Source: Mobula hypostoma
Lineage: Eukaryota
Direction: 5' to 3'
Assembly (NCBI RefSeq): GCF_963921235.1
Contig: NC_086097.1
Coordinates: forward strand, 164,860,001 to 164,924,000
Length of the DNA: 64,000 bases
Below, piece after piece: positions 37,556 through 48,140 of this stretch. How positions within the stretch are numbered: the stretch's first letter is position 1; each line of letters begins with the position of its first letter. Below the pieces are notes generated by a model that was given only the letters and a program-made list of their open reading frames with translations, searched no databases and had not been told where the DNA came from. Position numbers and translations under genes: made by a program.

Positions 37556-39790
37556 AGAAACATAGAAACATAGAAAATAGGTGCAGGAGTAGGCCATTCG
37601 GCCCTTCGAGCCTGCACCGCCATTTATTATGATCATGGCTGATCATCCAACTCAGAACCCAGCCTTCCCTCCATACCCCCTGACCCCTGTAGCCACAAGG
37701 GCCATATCTAACTTCCTTTTAAACATAGCTAATGAACTGGCCTCAACAGTTTGCTGTGGCAGAGAATTCCACAGATTCACCACTCTCTGTGTGAAGAAGT
37801 TTTTCCTAACCTCGGTCCTAAAAGGCTTCCCCTCTATCCTCAAACTGTGACCCCTCGTTCTAGACCTCCCCAACATCGGGAACAATCTTCCTGCATCTAG
37901 CCTGTCCAATCCCTTTAGGATCTTATACGTTTCAATCAGATCCCCCCTCAATCTTCTAAATTCCAACGAGTACAAGCCCAGTTCATCCAGTCTTTCTTCA
38001 TATGAAAGACCTGCCATCCCAGGAATCAATCTGGTGAACCTTCTTTGTACTCCCTCTATGGCAAAGATGTCTTTCCTCAGATTAGGGGACCAAAACTGCA
38101 CACAATACTCCAGGTGTGGTCTCACCAAGGCCTTGTACAACTGCAGTAGTACCTCCCTGCTCCTGTACTCGAATCCTCTCGCTATAAATGCCAGCATACC
38201 GTTCGCCTTTTTCACCGCCTGCTGTACCTGCATGCCCACTTTCAATGACTGGTGTATAATGACACCCAGGTCTCGTTGCACCTCCCCTTTTCCTAATCGG
38301 CCACCATTCAGATAATAATCTGTTTTCCTATTTTTGCCACCAAAGTGGATAACTTCACATTTATCCACATTAAATTGCATCTGCCATGAGTTTGCCCACT
38401 CACCCAACCTATCCAAGTCACCCTGCATCCTCTTAGCATCCTCCTCACTGCTAACACTGCCACCCAGCTTCGTGTCATCCGCAAACTTGGAGATGCTGCA
38501 TTTAATTCCCTCATCCAAGTCATTAATATATATTGTAAACAACTGGGGTCCTAGCACTGAGCCTTGCGGTACCCCACTAGTCACCGCCTGCCATTCTGAA
38601 AAGGTCCCGTTTATTCCCACTCTTTGCTTCCTGTCTGCTAACCAATTCTCCACCCACACCAATACCTTACCCCCAATACCGTGTGCTTTAAGTTTGCACA
38701 CTAATCTCCTATGTGGGACCTTGTCAAAAGCCTTTTGAAAATCCAAATATACCACATCCACTGGTTCTCCCCTATCCACTCTACTAGTTACATCCTCAAA
38801 AAATTCTATGAGATTCGTCAGACATGATTTTCCTTTCACAAATCCATGCTGACTTTGTCCGATCATTTCACCGCTTTCCAAATGTGCTGTTATCACATCC
38901 TTGATAACTGACTCCAGCAGTTTCCCCACCACCGACGTTAGGCTAACCGGCCTATAATTCCCCGGTTTCTCTCTCCCTCCTTTTTTAAAAAGTGGGGTTA
39001 CATTAGCCACCCTCCAATCCTCAGGAACTAGTCCAGAATCTAACGAGTTTTGAAAAATTATCACTAATGCATCCACTATTTCTTGGGCCACTTCCTTAAG
39101 CACTCTGGGATGCAGACCATCTGGCCCTGGGGATTTATCTGCCTTCAATCCCTTCAATTTACCTAACACCACTTCCCTACTAACATGTATTTCGCTCAGT
39201 TCCTCCATCTCACTGGACCCTCTGTCCCTTACTATTTCTGGAAGATTATTTATGTCCTCCTTAGTGAAGACAGAACCAAAGTAATTATTCAATTGGTCTG
39301 CCATGTCCTTGCTCCCCATAATCAATTCACCTGTTTCTGTTTGCAGGGGACCTACATTTGTCTTTATCAGTCTTTTCCTTTTTACATATCTATAAAAGCT
39401 TTTACAGTCCGTTTTTATGTTCTCTGCCAGTTTTCTCTCATAATCTTTTTTCCCCTTCCTAATTAAGCCCTTTGTCCTCCTCTGCTGAACTCTGAATTTC
39501 TCCCAGTCCTCAGGTGAGCCACTTTCTCTGGCTAATTTGTATGCTACTTCTTTGGAATTGATACTATCCCTAATTTCTCTTGTCAGCCACGGGTGCACTA
39601 CCTTCCTTGATTTATTATTTTGCCAAACTGGGATGAACAATTGTTGTAGTTCATCCATGCAACCTTTAAATGCCTGCCATTGCATATCCACCGTCAATCC
39701 TTGAAGTGTCATTTGCCAGTCTATCTTAGTTAATTCATGTCTCATACCTTCAAAGTTACCCCTCTTTAAGTTCAGAACCTTTGTTTCTGA
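37556..39790 (-). mobile_element. Very young 5'-truncated CR1 LINE
   Basis: Uninterrupted ORF2 from the truncation point to the stop; (TTCTATGT)n-type tail; 5-bp TSD ATGTT at 37551-37555 and 39791-39795. Confidence 0.96.
37652..39745 (-). CDS. CR1 ORF2 reverse transcriptase (697 aa, endonuclease domain absent)
   Basis: KSPGPDGLHP, NYRPVSLTS, YLDFQKAFDKVPH, GVPQGSVLGP, KFADDTK all intact; frame stays open upstream to 39790 (SETKVLNLKRGNFEG). Confidence 0.9.
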   Translation of the reverse strand: MRHELTKIDWQMTLQGLTVDMQWQAFKGCMDELQQLFIPVWQNNKSRKVVHPWLTREIRDSINSKEVAYKLARESGSPEDWEKFRVQQRRTKGLIRKGKKDYERKLAENIKTDCKSFYRYVKRKRLIKTNVGPLQTETGELIMGSKDMADQLNNYFGSVFTKEDINNLPEIVRDRGSSEMEELSEIHVSREVVLGKLKGLKADKSPGPDGLHPRVLKEVAQEIVDALVIIFQNSLDSGLVPEDWRVANVTPLFKKGGREKPGNYRPVSLTSVVGKLLESVIKDVITAHLESGEMIGQSQHGFVKGKSCLTNLIEFFEDVTSRVDRGEPVDVVYLDFQKAFDKVPHRRLVCKLKAHGIGGKVLVWVENWLADRKQRVGINGTFSEWQAVTSGVPQGSVLGPQLFTIYINDLDEGIKCSISKFADDTKLGGSVSSEEDAKRMQGDLDRLGEWANSWQMQFNVDKCEVIHFGGKNRKTDYYLNGGRLGKGEVQRDLGVIIHQSLKVGMQVQQAVKKANGMLAFIARGFEYRSREVLLQLYKALVRPHLEYCVQFWSPNLRKDIFAIEGVQRRFTRLIPGMAGLSYEERLDELGLYSLEFRRLRGDLIETYKILKGLDRLDAGRLFPMLGRSRTRGHSLRIEGKPFRTEVRKNFFTQRVVNLWNSLPQQTVEASSLAMFKRKLDMALVATGVRGYGGKAGF

Positions 39791-40112
39791 ATGTTCTTCA
39801 TAGGTACCTGTATAATTGAAGCCTAGTTGAAGCAGAAGGGCACCTCAGATGGCCAAAGCAAGAGATTAAAGATATCGGTGAACACTCCAACCAGTTGATC
39901 AGCACAGGTCTTTAACACTCGGCCAGGTACTCAGTCTTTTCAGTGACTTCCCATCTTTGTGGTACAAGGGTCTTGGTGGTTTCTATCAGCATTGCCCTCT
40001 AAGATACAGGATTTAAGCCAGTAAGTTAAGAGAACAAAGTGTTTTATACATAAAGGAATTACAAATAAAGAACATTGCTTCACATTAAAATTAGATAGGT
40101 TAAAATATAAAT

Positions 40113-40259
40113 AGATAGCCAGACAGACAGACAGATTTAGAGATAGAAAGTGAGATAGAGATTGAGATAGATAGATAGAGATGGAGATATAGACAGATAG
40201 ATATAGAGATAGAGATAGATGGATAGATAGATAGTGATAAAGATAGAGAGAGAGAGAGA
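40113..40259. repeat. Compound (AGAT)/(AGAC)/(AG) microsatellite
   Basis: Directly visible imperfect tandem repeats. Confidence 0.9.
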
Positions 40260-40477
40260 TTCATGAGCTGTGGATGAGAAAGGTCTATTCTACTACTGGG
40301 CAATACTTTATTCTCAGCAAACGTGACTATAAATTAACTATCTGTGTACTATCTTACTACTGGTATGGAATTTTGCTGTGTGTAAATTGACTGTCGTGCC
40401 TGCTCTTACATTTTACAAGGTCATGATTGAATTAGACAAATTACACAATTAATAATCTGCTTGATTATATCTGAATC

Positions 40478-40854
40478 TGGGAGGTGAAGTGGAGATACAT
40501 CTCTACCAAAGGAGGTGTAAGGCAATCCTTCCCTCTGCTAGCCTGCAGATCACCCTTGGGCAGGCTGTAGCACCTGCTTAGCCCCCTGATCATGGTCACA
40601 TGAAGCCATAGGAGCAGGTGGTGTATGGTTGTATGAGCAGCTGGTGCAGATCACAAATCTTGGTTATGTGACCACTAACGCCAGAGAGACAACCTCTGAA
40701 AAGTATCGATAATGGCTGAGGTCACCTGTCTTATAAAGACGCTGCCCAGCAGAAGACAATGGCAAACCACTTTGGTAGAAAATTTGCCAAGAATGATCAT
40801 GGTCATGAGACCATGATCACCTACATCATGACACAGCAAATATCAATGATGATG
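40478..40854 (+). mobile_element. Short non-coding retroposon, probably an RTE-mobilised SINE
   Basis: 11-bp TSD ATATCTGAATC at 40467-40477 and 40855-40865; (GAT)n tail; AGAAGACAATGGCAAACCACTT motif like RTE 5'UTRs. Confidence 0.7.
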
Positions 40855-41459
40855 ATATCTGAATCCAAAAATCCACTGAACACAAACTTAAATCCTAAAC
40901 CATAACATCCTGGGTTAGAGAGCTGTGAATAATAAGGCATCTAGTCAAATACCAGGCAATATCATATCAGAATGCTCAGAGAGAGCGATGTTTTCTTCAC
41001 AGGAGCAGTATTTGGTGGTGAACCATGAAAGCTAAGTTGCAAGATTTATTGATATGATTTCACTTCTTTCTTTCAGGATAGAAAATTCTGCATAGCGCAT
41101 TCCAAATACTTGCATATTGTGCCTTTTCAGACACCTTGAGATAAAAAGATATTACGCCAAGAGAAAGAATCAACAGTCTTGACAGTCCTGTATTTCTGTT
41201 ACTTGAATAAATAAAAGTACCAACTCCCTGGTCTGATAATATGGACTCTTGACGTCACAATCTACCTTGTTGTGGCCTTGCCTCTCATTGACTGCTTACA
41301 CAGCACTTTCTCTGTATCTGTAGCACTTTATTCTGGACTCTGTTATTGATTTCCCTTGTACTACCTCAATGCACTAATCTGATGAAATGATCTGTAGGGA
41401 AGGCATCCAAAACAAAGCTTTTCACAGTATCTCAGTACCTGAAATAATAATAATGATAA

Positions 41460-42010
41460 AAACATAATGAATAGAAAGAACTTAAGGAGTACTGAGGGCA
41501 GAGGCATCTTGATGTACACGTCCACTGACCCCTAAAGGTGACATCACAGATATATGAGATGTTTAAGAAGGCAACTAGTGCTGAAGAGTAGTTCTGGTCA
41601 CCAAACTATATGGAGGACGCAATTGCATCGGAGAGACTGCAGAGGAGACTCTCAAGGTTAAGGAGAGTGAATAGTTAGGCTGGGTTTGTGCAAAAAAAGC
41701 TTAGCTGGCATCTGATTGAATTATTCAATATTCTTTGGGATATAAAAAGGCAGTTATAGGGATATCTAAAATTAGTGGGTATAGGCTGGAGGTATCAGCT
41801 CCAGAGTGGATGTAAGGAAGAATATTTTATCCAGAAGGTAGTTGAAATCAAGAATGTACTATGTGAGGGGGTGGTGTGGGAGAGACTCTCACGATACTTA
41901 AGAAGTTTCTAGAGGAGCATCTGAATGCCAAGACATAGAAAGCTAAGAACAAAATGTTGAAGATGAGATTAGTTTAAATGAGTACTTAATGGCTGGCATG
42001 GACTGCTGAA
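41460..42010 (+). mobile_element. Very old CR1 3' fragment
   Basis: FWSPNYMEDAIASERLQRRLSR and FYPEGS-like remnants, CR1-like tail. Confidence 0.5.
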
Positions 42011-44050
42011 TTGGAGGTCCAGTTTTGGTGCTGATTGACTCTGTGACTCTTGCCAACATTGTTCTTTCCAGATTCCCATAGGATGGAAGGGATGACAAGT
42101 TGATCGAAAACTTGGTGGGAGAGTCTCTAAAGAATCTTTACTCAACAGTGAGAAGCAATGGAGGTCTCCATGGAATAACAATGTTGCAAACAAAAACGTC
42201 ATAATTGACTTGATGGTGCCAGAACCTGGACTGGAGCTTCTCTGTAACAAATTAACCAGAAGTGAACTGAAAATGAAAAATGTTGCCATGGTCTACTCCA
42301 AAAGAAATACAAATTAAGCACTCATTGTGAATGCTTTGCTCTAGTTCAGGGCACATCTAATGTTCTCACAGACACACCAGATGAATAAACTGGCTTCAAA
42401 ACTTGGGTATAACAGAGGTAGAGGAAGCACCTTAAGATAAGAGATCATATGTGTTGGTCTGGCTACACAACCTTTACTCCAAAAACATGATAAACAAAAG
42501 TTTTTTGCTTACTATGGTAGCAGCTACATTTAAAGTATTTTATCAGATGTTGACAGAAAACAGATCTCCAGTGGCATTTGGGAGAAACTTTGAGCTCATA
42601 GGCTGTTGCTGAAAGACCATGGAGCTTTTCCTGTATTGACTTGGCAACAGCCACAGATAACTACTGCCAGAATGAAGCATTCACTCTGCTTGTGCCTTCT
42701 ACCAACAATATGGACCCCAGAGAGTACAGTGACTATCATGATTCAATTCTGAAGCAAGACATGTACTTTTGTAAGTCAATAGAAAGGAACTAGCAGCAAA
42801 ACTGAGACTCCTCACAAAATACCAGCTCCATCTTATTGTTACAGCAACCCTGCCAGAGGAGAGGGCTATTGGCTGCTGTTCCACATAGTTTACGAATTAA
42901 TTGCAGAAAGAAACTTATTTGGTTCAGCTCCTTGAGATATAACATTTATGGCAAACAAAGGTATTAGCACCATTTTGAAGACATTTTGTATGGTTGGGAC
43001 TGAAAGCTTGTTCCATTTTACTATGTGGCTTTCTTTGCAGAGAAATAGTTTTGTATCAATTCCAAACAGACCAGAATTTTACAAAGTCCGTACTAGGTAT
43101 AATCATCCCTCCAGACACTAAGTTTATGCATAGAAAAAGATGAAAGAAATGCAAAATAACCAAAATGATTAGGGACTTTTTCAGATTCTGAAAGACAAAT
43201 TGATGTTCATGATAAGCTGATTCAGAGAATCAGGCTGTTGGGCTTGCTTAGTTTCATGGTAAATAAGAAAACAATAAATTAATATGATTTGCTGTAGCAT
43301 TGACTATGGCTACGGAAAGGTCACACACCATACCCCAACCCCACCAGTGCTCACCTGTGAATAAGATTTGTTCTTCATCATGTGTCATTCCAAAGAAACT
43401 TCACCCTCCACCTATACTTCTCAGAAATAATGGATCAAGTCAGGCCAGATGTCTGCAATTACAAAAATACCACTAGCCAACCTTTCTAAATTTTCCAGCC
43501 ATTGCAGTCCTCCTACTTGATGGCTCATGGGGGCGGGTTGGTGTGGATTTCAAGCAATAATACTGGACAACAAAGATTTTGCTTCCTGAATACTTTCAGG
43601 TGTGTCTTATAGACTCTGGGCTGCTGATCAAGAAAATCACCATAAAATTTCCCTACCAAGCACCATTATTTTGAAATCGCCTATATTTGTTACTTCAATT
43701 CATAATTCAAGTCAGAATAACTGATGCCAAGATTAAGGAAGGCATTTTTGTTGGTCCACAAATCAAACAATTCATTATGACAGGCAATTCAACAACTTCT
43801 AGCAGGACTGGAGAAAATCTGATGGAAGACATTCAAGGACGTTGTTGAAAATTTTATTGACAGCTACAGAGCACCAAACTACTTGCAGCTGGTTGGCAAC
43901 ATACTTCAAGCATATAAAGTACAAAATGTCACTAAAGATTCATTTTCTGCACTCCCATTTAGACTTCTTCCCTGCAAACCTTGGTGCTGTCAGTGATGAG
44001 CATGGTGAAAGGTTTCACCAGGACGTTGTGATCATGGAGAAGTGGTATCA

Positions 44051-44545
44051 TAGTCATAGTCATAGTCATACTTTATTGATCCCGAGGGAAATTGGTTTTC
44101 GTTACAGTTGCACCATAAATAATTAAATAGTAATAAAACCATAAATAATTAAATAGTAAGATGTAAATTATGCCAGAAAATAAGTCCAGGACCAGCCTAT
44201 TGGCTCAGGGTGTCTTACCCTCCAAGGGAGGAGTTGTAAAGTTTGATGGCCACAGGCAGGAATGACTTCCTATGATGCTCTGTGTTGCATCTCGGTGGAA
44301 TGAGTCTCTGGCTGAATGTACTCCTGTGCCCAACCAGTCCATTATGTAGTGGATGGGAGACATTGTCCAAGATGGCATGCAACTTGGACAGCATCCTCTT
44401 TTCAGACACCACCGTCAGAGAGTCCAGTTCCATCCCCACAACATCACTGGCCTTATGAATGAGTTTGTTGATTCTGTTGGTGTCTGCTACCCTCAGCCTG
44501 CTGCCCCAGCACACAGCAGCAAACATGATAGCACTGGCCACCGGA
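44051..44545 (-). mobile_element. Rex1/Babar 3' fragment inside the Chapaev3
   Basis: ASAIMFAAVCWG..INKLIHKASDVVG..SHPLH..RKSFLPVAIKLYN; (TAGTCA)3 tail; TATCA duplicated at 44046-44050 and 44546-44550. Confidence 0.85.
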
Positions 44546-44636
44546 TATCAGGGCAACTGGAATCCATCAATGCTGCAATACACATCAAAGTTACTGGTGA
44601 ACGCAGCAGGCCAGGCAGCATCTCTAGGAAGAGGTA

Positions 44637-44674
44637 CAGTCGACGTTTCGGGCCAAGACCCTTTGTCAGGACTA
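44637..44674 (-). ncRNA. Hammerhead motif, G8-to-A core mutation (predicted inactive)
   Basis: Reverse complement TAGTC-CTGACAA-AGGGTCTTGGCCC-GAAACGTC-GACTG. Confidence 0.6.
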
Positions 44675-44982
44675 ACTGAAAGAAGAGCTAGTAAGAGATT
44701 TGAAACTGGGAGGGGGAGGGGGAGATCCGGAATGACAGGAGAACATGTTCCACGAAAGGATATATGGCTGTGATAGCGAGTCTAAGTCAAAATGTGGTCG
44801 AAAAGTTGAAGAGCCGAAGAAATTACAGATGGGGAGCAGTGAGAGATGGTTTCACTGAACTCCCGTCGAAGAGAAGATTTAAACTTCTTCAGTGTAGGCA
44901 TCACCAGAAGAGGCTTCGTAGTAGTGAATTTAAAAACATAAACACGAGGAAATCTGCAGATGCTGGAATTTCAAGCCGCAGT

Positions 44983-45020
44983 TAGTTCTGACGAAGGGTC
45001 TCAGCCCGAAACGTCAACTG
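44983..45020 (+). ncRNA. Minimal type I hammerhead ribozyme motif, intact core
   Basis: TAGTT-CTGACGA-AGGGTCTCAGCCC-GAAACGTC-AACTG; predicted cleavage after C45015. Confidence 0.75.
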
Positions 45021-45382
45021 TACCTCTTCCTAGAGATGCTGCCTGGCCTGCTGCATTCACCAGCAACTTTCATGTGTGTTGTTTGAAATTCCAGCATCTG
45101 TAGATTTCCTCGTGTTTATATTTTTAAATTCACTACTGCGAAGCCTCTTCCGGTAATGCCTACACTGAAGAAGTTTAAACCTTCTCTTTGATGCGAGTTC
45201 AGTGAAACCATCTCTCACTGCTCCCCATCTGTAATTTCTTCGGCTCTTCAACTTTTCGACCACATTTTGACACAGACTCACTATCACAGCCATATATCCT
45301 TTCGTGGAACGTGTTCTCCTATCATTTTGGATCTCCCCCTCCCCCTCCCAGTTTCAAATCTCTTACTAGCACTTCTTTCAAT

Positions 45383-45420
45383 TAGTCCTGACGAAGGGTC
45401 TCGGCCCGAAACGTCGACTG
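45383..45420 (+). ncRNA. Minimal type I hammerhead ribozyme motif, intact core
   Basis: TAGTC-CTGACGA-AGGGTCTCGGCCC-GAAACGTC-GACTG; stem I AGUC/GACU, stem II GGGU/GCCC with CUCG loop, GUC triplet; predicted cleavage after C45415. Confidence 0.8.
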
Positions 45421-47954
45421 TACCTCTTCCTAGAGATGCTGCCTGGCCTGCTGCGTTCACCAGCAACTTTTATGCGTGTTGCTTGAAATTCCAGCATCTG
45501 CAGATTTCCTCGTGTTTCCATCAATGCTGGCCGATTATGGATGGACACTTAAAGGAAACCTCAGATGCTGAGTACAAATGAAAATCATCAACAAAATATT
45601 TTTAGCTTAGTTGAACTATTGCAAGGGATCAGCACCGTTATGCAATTAAATGCACTATATTCAATAAAAGTAATTTCTTATTTCTCCAAATTCCTATGTG
45701 ATACAAATAGTCTGAAATTATATTTGTGTTCAGCTTCAGACAGTCTATCATAAATAAAGAAATAATTTTGAGGAAGCAACACTTGGAAAAAAATTGTCCT
45801 CCAGAGTAATCAGATCCTGTTCCCAGTGAACCGCTAAGGTTCCAATTCTCAGCTTAATGTCAGCCAACACCATTTCTCTTTGCATCTATACCATGTTTTA
45901 ATTTAAAGTTCCTCCCATGAGACTTACGCCCACAACACTATTAACGTGCAATTTTAATTCTGTTTGCTTTCCATCTGTGTACATTTGCAACTGTCTCTCT
46001 TTCCCCCCATGTCCATTCATAAAGGCTGACAATTTCTGTTGCAGAACCATTTTGTAGTGAAGTCACTTCAGTGCCACTGAACAGAGGGTCAAGTTCTTAA
46101 AGGAGCAAATGAAAGAATCTATTCCCTGCTGAGAGTAAATATTTGCTCCCACAAAGTGCAAATTTGTTCACTGCTTTAAAATTAAAAACAGATGGATCTA
46201 AATCATGTTTGTAGGGCAGAAAGAGCACTCTGGAACAAGGTTCAAAATGTCAAGTCCCAGAAGGGTTTGTTCCTATCAATCACTACTTCATTTAAAAATG
46301 GAGCAAATGAAGAAAATAAAGAGTTACAAACTGGTTAGGAAAAGGTTGGCGTCTGCAGAAATTTTAATTTGTTGGGTTTTGCAGAGGCATGTTAAACATG
46401 TGCACATGTGCCATAAGACAACTTTGTACAGAATTTTGGCTGACTGGGTGGGACAATTAGGTGGGATAATCCTTTTATAACACCCCTTTCTTCATACTCT
46501 TGGGGGTATCCCAAGTATTCCATTGTATACATTTCCTGTGCCCCAGTCACTGAGAATAAAGTTTCTTGGAACATGTTACATATGATTGATCAGTGGGCAC
46601 ACAAGCTTAAATTTTCTTTGGACTCAGCAAATTTCATAGGAAGAATAGCCTTGTTATTTTTTTAAACAAATCTTGCAGCAGTGTAAGCTAATGTGGAATA
46701 TAACCATGACATCTTATAAATTTCAGTAAATCAGCTTTGCCTGAAGTGGGTCTCAGATGACCCTCTGCAGAGTCAGTGTAAAGTGGGGAGCTTACATTCC
46801 AGCTTACAGTAAAAACAATAAAAGTGCACAAATTGTCTTCAGAACAGAAGCAAGCTGTACATTCATTTACCATTTGGAGAGATTTGAGTTGAATCATTCC
46901 ATTTTCTGATAGATCAAGCTTACTCTACCTGGTTAACCCACACATACAAATCAGGTGTGGTACTAAATTTGCACTGCTTTCTGCTCACTATGCACCATGC
47001 ATGGTCAGAGTAGGAACACACAAGCACACAAAGGCAATCTATACCTTTACAAGGAGGTTGGCATTGTGTCCACAATAGGTGTGAATATTTTCTCTAGAAT
47101 TCAGTATGTAATACGGCACCAATCTGATAAAGACTTTGCATAGAATTTTGCAATCCTTTCACTCCAACATGGGACAGTCACTTCGAGCAGTGACACAAAT
47201 AAATTGCAGCATGCGATAACCAATGATTCAGCTTCCAATTCCATGTGGACAGCTTCCACCAACAGGCTGAGTACTGAGGTCAAACTCCAGACTTCTGATA
47301 CACTGCTGTCATCATGGATGCTCGTCATTGAAAGAGTTCCCAGGACATTACATCTTTCCAGCAGTCTCTTCTCTGACAGATTGTTAGGGTTACTGTGTGA
47401 TACCATGTCTGGAGTACAGCCATTGCTCTGCAAAGAACAATGCACTAAAGTAGATACAGTATGTTGAATACTACCAGGTTACTATTGCCCATATTGTCAG
47501 TCCTCCAGTCCAAACCATGACCATTCTCTCAGAAAAATACAGTCAGATGTGGTCTCCAGTCAAGGGACACACAAGACTACACTTCCTACAGTACTTGTAA
47601 ATTGAATTTAGTAGCTTTAGTCCAGCTGCAATTTCATAATCGTTCTTCCTGCTTGTATCTAACAAAAGAAAATGCCTGATCCTTCACTGTACTAAGCTCT
47701 ATGCCCCATGCATTAATGTACAGAGACACAATCACTTTCACAGTCCTTGCCATGTCTTTCTAACTTTGCCTTATGTTGGAGTTGGCACATTTTGCTCACA
47801 ATTTCACGAGCAAAGCACAAGGCTCATGTTGAATTTCAGGAAGGAACGTAACCGAAAATATCAATATGGCCCCCTTTTCACTTTAAATGCACAATCATGT
47901 TCAATTGCACGGGGACATTTGATAGGTCATGTAGGAGGTACAAGAGAGGGCAGA

Positions 47955-48138
47955 TACAGGAATCAGGAGCCACGGACATCTGTTGGAACTCAGCAAGTCA
48001 AGCTGCATCCGTAGGAGGAAAGGAATTTCCCATACATTCCTGATACAGGTTTTCAACCTGAAATATTGACAATTCCTTTCCTCACACAGATGCTGTTCAC
48101 CACACTGAGTTCTTCCAGCAGACTGTTTGTATCTCTGA
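47955..48138. repeat. Old inverted pair of Penelope pLTR fragments
   Basis: GGAACTCAG..GCATCCGTAGGAGGAAAGGAATT is mirrored by AATTCCTTTCCTCACACAGATGC..CTGAGTTC, with a degenerate CTGAT..GAAA motif in between. Confidence 0.55.
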
Positions 48139-48140
48139 TA

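Larger units (their letters stand above)
36160..39925 (-). mobile_element. Decayed Rex1/Babar-type LINE, split by the young CR1
   Basis: VESILTGCIMTWYGN, LTSTMMKSFERLI, LDQLQFA, ADAISLALH; resumes at 39791-39925. Confidence 0.8.
44575..45516. mobile_element. Non-autonomous Penelope-derived fold-back insertion built from a 400-bp hammerhead-containing unit (retrozyme-like)
   Basis: 402-bp inverted arms 44575-44976 and 45081-45482; direct repeat with 400-bp period in 44979-45516; 13-bp TSD TCCATCAATGCTG at 44563-44575 and 45517-45529. Confidence 0.9.
43561..45806 (+). mobile_element. Internally deleted Chapaev3-type (CMC) DNA transposon with two nested insertions
   Basis: Transposase C-terminus ITDAKIKEGIFVGPQIK..MSLKIHFLHSHLDFFPANLGAVSDEHGERFHQD..YQGNWNPSMLADY; degenerate TIRs TACTGGACAACAAA..GCTTCCT and AGGAAGC..TTGTCCTCCAGAG; 3-bp TAA on both sides (43558-43560, 45807-45809). 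Confidence 0.75.

Noticed and set aside
44764..45293. Duplicated small ORFs MAVIASLSQNVVEKLKSRR / MAVIVSLCQNVVEKLKSRR as a gene pair
   Set aside because: They are antisense shadows of the Penelope-derived unit, duplicated by the fold-back
44575..45482. Fold-back as a MITE or miRNA hairpin
   Set aside because: The arms are Penelope pLTR sequence, the TSD encloses asymmetric ends, and a direct repeat overlaps the right arm
47101..47467. 114-aa and 87-aa overlapping ORFs as a host exon
   Set aside because: No recognisable domain or convincing splice-site pair; length is compatible with chance
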